Source: Candidatus Kapaibacterium sp. (lineage in GTDB: Bacteria; Bacteroidota; Ignavibacteria; Kapaibacteriales; UBA2268). Taken from it: a DNA stretch of 64,000 nucleotides. Location: NCBI GenBank assembly GCA_963665665.1, contig OY762428.1:2592001-2656000 (forward strand), in the 5' to 3' direction. Under the pieces are notes generated by a model. That model saw nothing but the letters and a program-made list of their open reading frames with translations, made no database searches and was not told where the DNA came from. Positions 20,632 to 29,825 of this stretch are shown one piece after another. The translations under genes and the position numbers were made by a program. Position 1 is the first letter of the stretch; every line of letters begins with the position of its first letter.

Positions 20632-20730
20632 ATTTCAAAGAACTGATTGTTTACGCTTTAAGTTAAGCATATTTATTATTATTTCAAAGGGATAATCTAA
20701 TAATTCATCAGCAGCGTAGCCGCAGCATTT
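20632..20730 (-). repeat. Repeated leader module (promoter-like AT-rich stretch plus CAGTTCTTTGAAAT)
   Basis: Related sequence at 21910-21975 (-), 38951-38972 (+), 39700-39766 (+) and 40596-40693 (+). Confidence 0.8.
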
Positions 20731-20747
20731 CCCATTGTATATTCACT

Positions 20748-21647
20748 TTACCATATTTCCCATAACGGTTCTTTTTCCCAATTTTTGGGAAATCCCATCA
20801 CCGTTTTATCAATACCAGGATAATCGGAAAGCAAAGACTGAAGTTTAGATTTAAAAGTATTCCTTGTATGTACTTCATTAAGAATGTATTGCAAAATGCA
20901 AAGCAAATAATAGCTTCTATTGTTATGAATATCCCTGTTTCTTAGCCAGTAAAAATTCTTACTACTCGGAAAAACAGGCCTGATGCCAAGGCTCCTGTTC
21001 CATAAACGCGAATGATGGGCACAAATATTTCTAACATAGCTCAGGCTGTGAAGCCATGATTGTAAAACCGGATACCTAAGTTCGAAATAATCTGCAAGAA
21101 GCTGTTTGTCCGCATTATTTTTCAAATTTGAAAAATGGCGTGAAAGCCTACCGAAACTAAAAATCTCAAGGGCAATCCATGATGGAGGAAATTCAGAATC
21201 CGAATATTTTTCTTTGAAATGTTTGATAAACACTTCGTTCGAACTGCCATATTCTTTTTTAAAGTTTTCAATTGTTTTAAAAAAACAGTCAGAATCTTTG
21301 AACAGGTTTGCATTATGATACCATCCGGGGCCATATTTCTCGACGAGTGATACCGTCAGTCTTGTACGAAAGGCAATTTCAATTCGTTCTATGGCATCGA
21401 ATACCAGAAGCCTTAATTTTCGGTCGAATGAATAATTTCCGAGAATATCTTCGAATTCTGTTCCTATCATAAATTTCTGTCCTGGATCGTTCTTTACCAC
21501 GAACGGATGAAAATATGCACTAAACCTGAAATAACTTACATTTGTAAGAACACTATAAATTATTTCTCTGTCTTTTATAATCAGATTTCGTGATTTTAAA
21601 AGATTAACCTGCTCGGGAATAGTCAAATATGGTTTATCGTATTTCAT
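20748..21647 (-). CDS. Abi family protein (AbiF/AbiD-like, Abi_2, HEPN RNase)
   Basis: KPYLTIPEQVNLLKSRNL, FDRKLR...IERIEIAFR, PPSWIALE, RNICAHHSRLWN (HEPN Rx4H). Confidence 0.92.
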   Translation of the reverse strand: MKYDKPYLTIPEQVNLLKSRNLIIKDREIIYSVLTNVSYFRFSAYFHPFVVKNDPGQKFMIGTEFEDILGNYSFDRKLRLLVFDAIERIEIAFRTRLTVSLVEKYGPGWYHNANLFKDSDCFFKTIENFKKEYGSSNEVFIKHFKEKYSDSEFPPSWIALEIFSFGRLSRHFSNLKNNADKQLLADYFELRYPVLQSWLHSLSYVRNICAHHSRLWNRSLGIRPVFPSSKNFYWLRNRDIHNNRSYYLLCILQYILNEVHTRNTFKSKLQSLLSDYPGIDKTVMGFPKNWEKEPLWEIW

Positions 21648-21658
21648 GGATAATAATG

Positions 21659-21705
21659 AAAAAACCCGCCAGGTTGCGCATCGGGGAGAGGCGTGGCAGG
21701 TATGT
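21659..21705 (-). ncRNA. Structured RNA upstream of abiF (abiF-motif-like, candidate RNA antitoxin)
   Basis: ACCUGCCA...UGGCGGGU stem (G-U pair only on the minus strand), inner CGC/GCG, U tail, preceded by TATATTTG promoter element at 21718-21711. Confidence 0.65.
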
Positions 21706-21821
21706 TATAACAAATATATAATATTTAATTTATTCTTCAAAGATATTTTTCAGATAGTGATACAAACTTCAGGTTTTATTAGTTATTATCAGTCCTTACA
21801 TTTTTAATACTGAAATTGTCA

Positions 21822-21900
21822 AAACCTTCGGAAGCATCCTGTTCAAGAACAATACGATTGATAATACCGGCGATATATAACACAAACCTTCCGAAGGTTT
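21822..21900. repeat. REPIN-like inverted REP doublet (AACCTTCGGAAG...CTTCCGAAGGTT)
   Basis: Further copies at about 38982-39059, 39776-39852, 40432-40510 (degenerate) and 40704-40769. Confidence 0.8.
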
Positions 21901-22079
21901 AATCTGCACATTTCAAAGAACTGATTGTTTACCCTTTAATTTAATCATATTTATTATTTCAAATTCTTTTTCTTCCACGCTGCCTTGGAAGTCAGATCCC
22001 ATGCAAATATACTTTTTAATCACTCTAAGTGTTGCTTAGCGAAAAAGCATTGCGAAGCGGGGCTTCACAACGAGACGAA

Positions 22080-22180
22080 AGCAGCGTAGCTGCGGCATTT
22101 TTGTAGTTCAATAATTAGGAATGAAAACAATAAGCCCCGTAGCTGTGGCATATCTATCTTCTGTCGCTCCTACGGAGCTC
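22080..22180. repeat. GTAG-type REP cluster
   Basis: GCAGCGTAGCTGC, GCCCCGTAG and GCTCCTACGGAGC; inverted counterpart at 40518-40616. Confidence 0.7.
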
Positions 22181-22361
22181 CGGAATTCCTCCATTGCCTA
22201 CCCTGCTTCGTATTTTCTTATGATATCTGCATATCCTGATTTATCGGGGACCTTCAGGAATTCCGCCAGCGGGGCAATTGGACAGAAGAAATTTTAAACA
22301 ACAAATATATTCGCTGAGCAGAAATATTCAAGGGTAAAAATGAAACATCTGTTTTCAAAAA

Positions 22362-23522
22362 TTGATATTTCTTCCGTATATTAGCGAAATTGTATTTTCA
22401 AAGGAAATTTGCGTGGTTGGAATAAGTTATAAAAGAAATGGCAGACTCGGTGGAAGCCGGGCGCATCAGGCACGGCCTGCCGATGCTATACAGTCTTCAT
22501 TTTCAATTATCCATTCTCAATTTTCAATTTTGCCAGGCCGCCAGGGATTCAACGGGATTGTTGAGCGAAGCGAAATCCCGACTGCATTTTCATTCCATAA
22601 ATCTATCGGGAAGAAGGACGACGACGTGAAGAATGGTGAAGGCCAGCACTACGATTTCGGCGCCCGTGCATACGACCCCAGGGTGGGAAGGTGGTATAAG
22701 CTTGATCCAAAAGAAAGTTGTTATCCTGGATTTTCTCCCTATCACTTTGCAGCAAATAACCCAATTATCGTAATTGACCAAGATGGAGAAATCTGGAAAT
22801 TGACTTTTCGTGATGGAGACGATTCAGAGTTGCAAGCTGCTTTTGAATCAATGATTCGAAAAGTTTTTAGTGATAAAGTCATGGCTTTTCCCGCAAACGG
22901 TATTGTGGAGTTAGGATTCGTTGATGAATATACTATTGAATCATTATCTAAAGAACAACAAGAATTATATAATGTATTATTAGATGTAATTAAAGATGAG
23001 GAAAATACTGCTGTAACTCAAATTGTTTATGATGATGATAGATATTATGTTGGGTCTTATCAAAGACAACCGGGGACAGGTGATGGATGGGATGAAAGTA
23101 TAATTGATGTTGCAGACTTGGAACACTATTCTAACAACGATGATGTATTGTTTTATGCTATTGCTGTTTTGGGGCATGAAGTAATTGAAAGTTATTATAA
23201 AGCAACAGAATACGGGGTAGGCACTAGTAGAATAAACGGAAGACCTTTTTATGAGTGGGCTCATAGTGACGCCATTGAGATTGAAGAAAAAATCGGGGGA
23301 TATGAAAGAGTTGGAAATTCTTATGATGGTACAACAACTGGTCCTGATGAAAATCCAAAAATTGAAACCGGGACTTATAAAATGGTCATTCAAACCGGAG
23401 GTGGTTCTTCATTTTGGTCATTCTTTGGTCTTGATGAAAAGCCGGTTTATAAAACAATTGAAACCAATTATAAAGATGGCAAAATTGAAAACGTTACAAT
23501 CAAAGAAGGCGATACAAGATAG
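22362..23522 (+). CDS. Orphan RHS-core fragment with C-terminal toxin domain (possible metallopeptidase)
   Basis: HYDFGARAYDPRVGRWYKLDP...SPYHFAANNPIIVIDQDG core; LGHEVIE...WAHSDAIEIE in the C-domain. True start unclear; homology begins near 22545. Confidence 0.8.
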   Translation: MIFLPYISEIVFSKEICVVGISYKRNGRLGGSRAHQARPADAIQSSFSIIHSQFSILPGRQGFNGIVERSEIPTAFSFHKSIGKKDDDVKNGEGQHYDFGARAYDPRVGRWYKLDPKESCYPGFSPYHFAANNPIIVIDQDGEIWKLTFRDGDDSELQAAFESMIRKVFSDKVMAFPANGIVELGFVDEYTIESLSKEQQELYNVLLDVIKDEENTAVTQIVYDDDRYYVGSYQRQPGTGDGWDESIIDVADLEHYSNNDDVLFYAIAVLGHEVIESYYKATEYGVGTSRINGRPFYEWAHSDAIEIEEKIGGYERVGNSYDGTTTGPDENPKIETGTYKMVIQTGGGSSFWSFFGLDEKPVYKTIETNYKDGKIENVTIKEGDTR

Positions 23523-23547
23523 TTTATTTTAAATTTAAGGGATTTTT

Positions 23548-24018
23548 ATGTATAGATTTGTCGGCATTATATGTTTTCTCTTAATAATGATAGGATGCGC
23601 AAAAACCTATGATAAATATACAGATCCGAAGGATTATGTCTTCAAAACCGAAAGAAGAAATATACTTTGGCAATATTACCTTAGTCTTGATGATTGTGCA
23701 AAAGTAGATTTTATTGATTCAATTTATAGGGGTACTGCTGTTACGGATTCAATATCAAATGTTAGGTCACTAATCGATACCAATTTGATCGAACATTCTT
23801 GGACTGGAGAAAATTTTTATTATTGGATATTTAGAGAAATTTTATTAATTACTCGTCATGGCCCTCCGGGTGACTATAATGATTATTTGGGATTTTATTG
23901 TTATGATCCTAATCATCAAGCAGCACCGGGATATGATAACTTTGAAACATTTGATAATGATATAAAAAAGTGGAAAGAAATTTTAAATTGTATTGATACA
24001 ACAACAACGTCAAAATGA
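23548..24018 (+). CDS. Lipoprotein, probable immunity protein
   Basis: Lipobox-like LIMIG-C; immediately follows the RHS toxin. Confidence 0.65.
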   Translation: MYRFVGIICFLLIMIGCAKTYDKYTDPKDYVFKTERRNILWQYYLSLDDCAKVDFIDSIYRGTAVTDSISNVRSLIDTNLIEHSWTGENFYYWIFREILLITRHGPPGDYNDYLGFYCYDPNHQAAPGYDNFETFDNDIKKWKEILNCIDTTTTSK

Positions 24019-24072
24019 TACTCATGTAAAAATGAACCAAATTTGAAATCGAAACCATCCAAAGGACAAAAA

Positions 24073-26196
24073 ATGAAAAAATTATTTACACTTTGCATTA
24101 CAGTACTGATAATTATTATTGCAGCGGGGCGCCCTGCTGCCGGCGAAGGCAAATGGGAATGGTACAACCCCCTGCCCGGCGGCCAGCCAATACAAATGGA
24201 AAAAATTGGCGCGGATACCGCACTGGCGCTTTGCCCCTTCGGTATGCTGGTTTCAACCGACCAGGGAGAAACATGGCAGTACAAGCCGTCATTACAGGAC
24301 TATAATTTTGTTAACATGAGTATAAGCGAAACCGGTACGATATGGGCCTGCACAAGATCAGCCCTGCTGAAATCAACAAATTTTGGAGATTCATGGGAAA
24401 CTGTTAGGGATGGCCTGATACTAATTAATTATATTTATTTTATTAATGATAAAAAAGGCTTTATATTCAATGGCGATGTGGTTCATTGTACTGTGGACGG
24501 AGGACAGAACTGGGATAAAAGCAGTTTTCCTGCATTTTATGAAATTAAAAGCGTGTTCTTTATAAATGACAGTACGGGATGGGGGTGTGGATATAACGGT
24601 TGTTTCTTTAAAACCACAAATGGCGGAAAAAGCTGGGATAGCCGGTGGTTATTATATGATGGAGATATGAAAGGAATTCATTTCATTGATGAAAATAAAG
24701 GCTATATTTTTGGAAAAAACAATGCATATCCTGAAAATGGAAAGTATATATGGAGCACTAATAATTCAGGAAAAGACTGGAGCAGGTGTTTTAAAAATCA
24801 AACATCTGATTTAAATTTCGAGAACTGGGATTTTTTCGAGGACAAAGGAGTACTTACCGGACTTGATAACAAACTTATGCTATTTAACTACACATCTTTC
24901 AACCGTTGGGACTCAATCAGCTATGATCATGATGAAAGAATTACAAATATAATAATGTTCAATACGGACGTTTTTATTGGCTGGGATGCCAGGGGGCAGA
25001 TAATTAAATCAACAGACCAGGGCAAAACATGGAATATCAAATCTCAATCAATGACTTTAGATGGCTTTATAAAGGTTTATTTCCGTAATGAGAACAAGGG
25101 ATGGTTGTTAAAATGGAGTAATTTTTACTCAACAAACGATGGCGGAAAGAGCTGGACAAAAAATTCAATCGATCCAAATTACATTTATAGAGATATTGTA
25201 TTTATTGATGATAATACAGGGTTTTTAATCGCCTCGGGACATAGTAATTATTATTTATACAGAACAAAAGACGGCGGAATGAATTGGGAGGATATAACAA
25301 ATGGAAGTTACCAATATAACAGCCTTGCTGCAAGTCCGGAAGGCAAAGTCTTCGCCCTTGTTTATGATAGTAAGCTGCTGAAATCCGAAGATAAAGGAGA
25401 CAGTTGGGATGAAATCGATGTTGATTCAGTTAATTATAGCAACAAGATATATGTAGTTAACGAAGATACATATATTGTTCTTGGGAATAGTTATCCAAGT
25501 AGATTGTTGAATATAACGCGCAACGGAGGCCAGACATGGAACTATATTCTATCCAATAAAAACTCTTTCTACATAAAAGCTGTTTGTTTTATTGATGAAA
25601 ACATTGGTTTTCTTGGCGGTTCCGACGGCTGTATATATAAGACAATTAACGGTGGATATGACTGGGAAGAAAAGAACGACGGATACGCGTATTGTAATAT
25701 TCTCGATATTGATTTCAGCGATGAAAGCAATGGCTGGGCTGTTGGTGCGATGTCTGCAATTTTCGAAACAACAGACGGCGGGGAAACATGGGATAAGAAA
25801 GAAGGATCTATCGACGGGAGATATAATTCCATATATATGCTCGGTTTAAAAAGCGGTTGGATTGTTGGAGACAATGGTACGATATTGAAATACACCGGCG
25901 ATGGCAGCCCCGTGGCTGAAACTTATGTCAGTAACGAAGAGATAAGCGTTATGAACTACCCCAATCCTTTCCGGGACATGACGACGCTGCGCTTTAATTT
26001 AAAATCGGCAGCACATGTCAGCACAAAGATATACGACCTTTCCGGCCAGGTAGTAGCCGACCTTGGCAGCAAATATATCAACCCCGGCGACTACGAAATG
26101 CAATGGCAACCGGGCGGCCTGCCCTCAGGCGTTTATTTCCTTCGCATCAGCAACGGCAAAACCACAGCCGAGCGCAAGCTGATACTGGAAAGATAG
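24073..26196 (+). CDS. YCF48/BNR-repeat beta-propeller protein with T9SS sorting domain
   Basis: Many T-x-D/N-GG-x-x-W repeats; NYPNPF...LPSGVYFLRI CTD; signal peptide. Confidence 0.9.
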   Translation: MKKLFTLCITVLIIIIAAGRPAAGEGKWEWYNPLPGGQPIQMEKIGADTALALCPFGMLVSTDQGETWQYKPSLQDYNFVNMSISETGTIWACTRSALLKSTNFGDSWETVRDGLILINYIYFINDKKGFIFNGDVVHCTVDGGQNWDKSSFPAFYEIKSVFFINDSTGWGCGYNGCFFKTTNGGKSWDSRWLLYDGDMKGIHFIDENKGYIFGKNNAYPENGKYIWSTNNSGKDWSRCFKNQTSDLNFENWDFFEDKGVLTGLDNKLMLFNYTSFNRWDSISYDHDERITNIIMFNTDVFIGWDARGQIIKSTDQGKTWNIKSQSMTLDGFIKVYFRNENKGWLLKWSNFYSTNDGGKSWTKNSIDPNYIYRDIVFIDDNTGFLIASGHSNYYLYRTKDGGMNWEDITNGSYQYNSLAASPEGKVFALVYDSKLLKSEDKGDSWDEIDVDSVNYSNKIYVVNEDTYIVLGNSYPSRLLNITRNGGQTWNYILSNKNSFYIKAVCFIDENIGFLGGSDGCIYKTINGGYDWEEKNDGYAYCNILDIDFSDESNGWAVGAMSAIFETTDGGETWDKKEGSIDGRYNSIYMLGLKSGWIVGDNGTILKYTGDGSPVAETYVSNEEISVMNYPNPFRDMTTLRFNLKSAAHVSTKIYDLSGQVVADLGSKYINPGDYEMQWQPGGLPSGVYFLRISNGKTTAERKLILER

Positions 26197-26219
26197 GATA
26201 AAGAATAACATTTAACAAC

Positions 26220-26254
26220 GGCGTCCGGATATGAGATATTCGGGCGTTTTTTTT
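26220..26254 (+). terminator. Rho-independent terminator
   Basis: GCGTCCGGATAT...ATATTCGGGCGT plus T run. Confidence 0.75.
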
Positions 26255-26358
26255 ATTAATTATATATGTTTTTTTGAGAAAATTGCTTGACTTGTATTTC
26301 TTTTATTAGTAATTTTATTACTCATAAAGAGTGTATTAATTATATATTAAATAGAATT

Positions 26359-26913
26359 TTGTTAGATTCACTGATAACATCCAAGACAAGAATAAAACTA
26401 CTGCTGAAATTCTTCCTGAATCCCGGCACAAGGGCATATCTGCGAGGTTTGGCAGAAGAGTTTGACGAATCGACAAATGCCGTCCGGGTAGAGCTGAACC
26501 GATTGTCGGAGGCAGGCCTGCTGGATTCCGAGAACGAGGGCAGAACAAAAATCTATACTGTTAATCAAAACAATCCGCTTTTCCCGGAAATTCATACCAT
26601 GGTAAAAAAATACCTTGGTATTGATATTGTAGAGGAAGCCGTAAACCGCCTTGGCAACGTCGAGGCAGCCTTTATAACCGGCGATTATGCCAAAGGCCGT
26701 GACAGCGGAATAATTGACCTGGTAGTGGTTGGGCATATAAACAAAACATATCTGGATGAACTAACAGGCATAGCGGAAAAAGAAATTAAAAGAAAAATCA
26801 GAGTACTGATACTGAAAAAAGAAGAACTGGATATTTACAAAGAAAAACTAAACATAAAAAAATCACTACTGATCTGGAATAAGGACATGAGGAAAGATAA
26901 TGAAAAAGGATGA
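26359..26913 (+). CDS. Winged-helix (ArsR-like) regulator fused to a nucleotidyltransferase-like domain
   Basis: LITSKTRIKLLLKFF...YLRGLAEEF...VRVELNRL; GDYAKG.DSGIIDLVVVG. Heads the polysaccharide locus. Confidence 0.8.
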   Translation: MLDSLITSKTRIKLLLKFFLNPGTRAYLRGLAEEFDESTNAVRVELNRLSEAGLLDSENEGRTKIYTVNQNNPLFPEIHTMVKKYLGIDIVEEAVNRLGNVEAAFITGDYAKGRDSGIIDLVVVGHINKTYLDELTGIAEKEIKRKIRVLILKKEELDIYKEKLNIKKSLLIWNKDMRKDNEKG

Positions 26914-27796
26914 TCAGCCCGGAAATATTGTTCAGCTAATTAAGCCTCGAAAAGGAATTTTCGATATTGATTTTGCTGAATTATGGCGTTTCAGGGAGTT
27001 ATTCTTCACCCTTGTTTGGCGCGATGTAAAAGTAAAATACAAGCAAACCCTTCTTGGCGCTGCCTGGGCAGTATTAGTTCCATTTATCCAGATGGTAGTT
27101 TTTACTTTTATATTCAATCGCCTGGCCAAGCTGCCAACTGACGGAGTAAACCCACAGGTTTTCTATTTCAGCGGCCTGATATTATGGACATATTTTTCAA
27201 CGGCGGTAACAATGTCCAGCAACAGCCTGGTTGCCAATCAGCAATTTCTAACAAAGATATATTTTCCCCGGCTTATACTGCCTGTATCGCCGTCCTTATC
27301 AGCGTTGGTAGATTTTGTAATAGCATTCGTTATTTTATGTGTTCTGATGGCAATATATGGTATAGCTGTTAATTTTGCGGTGCTTTTCCTTCCGTTTTTT
27401 ATAATAATAGCATTGCTTTCGGCTTCAGGAACGGGCATGTTTTTTTCGGCACTTAATATTAAATACAGGGATATACGTATAGTAATGCCGTTTATATTGC
27501 AAATATGGATGTACGGAACGGTTATTATGCCTTTTAGTAAAATTCCCGAATCCTGGGGAGCCTGGCGTTATTTATACGGGCTAAACCCGATGTCAGGTGC
27601 AATAGAAGGCTTCCGCTGGTCGCTTTTGAACAGCGGAATGAGCCGTGAAAAAATAATTGACGGCGTTTCTACCCAGGCAGCAATTCCTGCTCCTGTTGAA
27701 CTAATAGCAATAAGTACATTGGCTGCGCTATTGTTTTTTTCATTAGGTTTTTTATATTTTAAAAGATTAGAAGATACTTTCGCGGATATAGTGTAA
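26900..27796 (+). CDS. wzm: Polysaccharide ABC transporter permease
   Basis: LVWRDVKVKYKQTLLGAAW, KIYFPR, LNIKYRD, FADIV. Confidence 0.93.
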   Translation: MKKDDQPGNIVQLIKPRKGIFDIDFAELWRFRELFFTLVWRDVKVKYKQTLLGAAWAVLVPFIQMVVFTFIFNRLAKLPTDGVNPQVFYFSGLILWTYFSTAVTMSSNSLVANQQFLTKIYFPRLILPVSPSLSALVDFVIAFVILCVLMAIYGIAVNFAVLFLPFFIIIALLSASGTGMFFSALNIKYRDIRIVMPFILQIWMYGTVIMPFSKIPESWGAWRYLYGLNPMSGAIEGFRWSLLNSGMSREKIIDGVSTQAAIPAPVELIAISTLAALLFFSLGFLYFKRLEDTFADIV

Positions 27797-29079
27797 TGGG
27801 AAATATAGCAATAGAAACAAGAAATCTGGGAAAACGCTACAAACTGGGTATGACGTTAAGTATGACAAATACCCTTAGGGATTCTATTGTCAGCCTGCCG
27901 GGAATGTTAAAGAACAAACTTACACAGAAAAGAGAAAAACCGGAAGTGTTCGATCCCGATACGCCTCCCGGAACATTCTGGGCATTGAAGGATATTGACC
28001 TGGATATCAATCACGGGGATGTAGTTGGTATTATCGGCCGTAACGGGTCGGGAAAGTCAACACTGCTTAAAGTACTTTCCAGAATAACAACGCCAACCCG
28101 CGGCAAAGCAAAAATTCACGGGCGTGTGGGGTCGCTTCTTGAAGTCGGCACGGGATTCCATCCCGAGCTTTCGGGCCGGGAAAATATTTATCTTAACGGT
28201 TCGATTCTTGGGATGAGCAAAGCAGAGATTGACCGTAAGTTTGATGAAATCGTTGATTTCTCCGAGATCGAAAAATTCCTTGATACACCTATCAAGCGTT
28301 ATTCCAGCGGGATGACCGTTCGTTTGGCATTTGCCGTGGCTGCCCACCTGGAACCAGAGATATTAATAGTAGACGAAGTCCTTGCAGTGGGCGACGCAGC
28401 CTTCCAGAAAAAAAGCCTCGGCAAGATGAAAGACGTCAGCCGCGAGGGCCGCACTGTACTCTTCGTAAGCCACAACATGGCAGCGGTAAAGAACCTGTGC
28501 GAGAAGGGAATATGGCTGAACGGGGGGAGGATGGAGTTTTGGGGAGATATGGGAGAAGTGATTAATAAGTATATGGAAGAAAGCGGAAATAATTCAACCA
28601 ATAAATTCCAAAACCCGGTAATCCGTGAAGAAGATGAAACAAAATTGGAAAAGCCCTATATCAAAGAAGTGATAATGACTGATAAAAATGGAAAATTAGC
28701 CAATTCGTTCAGTAGTACCGATGAAATACACCTAACTTTGAAAATTGAAAATGAGAACAACAATATTGGAGATTTCAATGCGGTTTGGTTTTTGAAAAAT
28801 GATATTGATAAAATTGCAAGTTCGGGAGCCTATCAATTACAAAACATACAGTTTAACTCACAAATTAAAGAAATAAATTGTATTATATATCCGGAAGCTT
28901 TAGTACCTGGTAATTATTCCATTGGTTTTGATTTACAAAAAATAAGAGTTAAAACTTTAGATCATTGGGATAAAGCAATAACATTTCTAATAACAGAAAA
29001 TGATTATTACAATTCCGGTTTTAATTACCCGGGTGCATGGAATGACGGAATGTTTGTTAGAAACAAATGGATAAAATAA
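27796..29079 (+). CDS. wzt: Polysaccharide ABC transporter ATPase with C-terminal Wzt-C domain
   Basis: GRNGSGKST, YSSGM, IVDEVLAVGD; C-terminal extension. Confidence 0.93.
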   Translation: MGNIAIETRNLGKRYKLGMTLSMTNTLRDSIVSLPGMLKNKLTQKREKPEVFDPDTPPGTFWALKDIDLDINHGDVVGIIGRNGSGKSTLLKVLSRITTPTRGKAKIHGRVGSLLEVGTGFHPELSGRENIYLNGSILGMSKAEIDRKFDEIVDFSEIEKFLDTPIKRYSSGMTVRLAFAVAAHLEPEILIVDEVLAVGDAAFQKKSLGKMKDVSREGRTVLFVSHNMAAVKNLCEKGIWLNGGRMEFWGDMGEVINKYMEESGNNSTNKFQNPVIREEDETKLEKPYIKEVIMTDKNGKLANSFSSTDEIHLTLKIENENNNIGDFNAVWFLKNDIDKIASSGAYQLQNIQFNSQIKEINCIIYPEALVPGNYSIGFDLQKIRVKTLDHWDKAITFLITENDYYNSGFNYPGAWNDGMFVRNKWIK

Positions 29080-29825
29080 TGAATTTTATTACAAAATTAT
29101 TCAATTGGGATATATCAACCCGTTATTTCAGCAACATCCGTTTGCGAATTATTTTTAAAATATGGAGAGAAAATAGAAAAAAAGCAACTCTATCTCCGAA
29201 CTATAATAAAATATTTTGCATAGGTTTTAATAAAACCGCAACAACTTCAGTAGAAACTGCATTTTCAGAAATGGGTTTCAAAGTAGGATCTCATAAATTA
29301 GCAGCCATGCTAACGGAGGAAGTTTGTGATGGAAGATACGACAGACTGATAAATTTTTGCAAAACATCAGATGCTTTTCAGGATGAACCATTTAGCTTGC
29401 CGGATATATATAAAGTATTAGATAAAAATTTTCCGAATTCAAAGTTTATTCTTACAATAAGAGATAATGAAGAACAATGGTATAATTCTCTATGTAAATT
29501 TCATACAAAATTATTATCTGAAGATAAAACACGTTTACCTAATGAAAGGGAACTTGAAAGCTGGCAATATATTTATGAAGGATATTTATTTATGAGCCAT
29601 AAAAAAAGATTTCCGTGTAAGAAATTATATGATAAAAATTTTTACCAGGCAATATATTTGAAGCATATACAAGATGTAAAAAACTATTTTTCTGACAGAG
29701 CTGAGTAGTTATTAGTAATCAATATAGCCCAAAAAGGCAGTTATCAAAAGCTCGCAACATTTTTAGATGTTGAAGTGAATAAAAACAAAGATTTTCCTTG
29801 GCTTAACAGGACTGATAAAATATGA
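29079..29825 (+). pseudogene. Sulfotransferase-family protein interrupted by an in-frame TAG at 29706-29708
   Basis: IFCIGFNKTATTS PAPS-binding loop and KFILTIR; the frame continues past TAG as LLVINIAQKGSYQKLATFL...FPWLN to a TGA overlapping the next ATG. Confidence 0.75.

Noticed and set aside
22499-22530. Short 7-nt-period TTCAATT-like repeats before the RHS core
   Set aside because: Only about four degenerate units; too little to assign a function.
29706-29708. Genome-wide TAG recoding or pyrrolysine
   Set aside because: TAG ends several intact genes in the window (for example 23522, 26196, 30700) and no pyl genes are visible.
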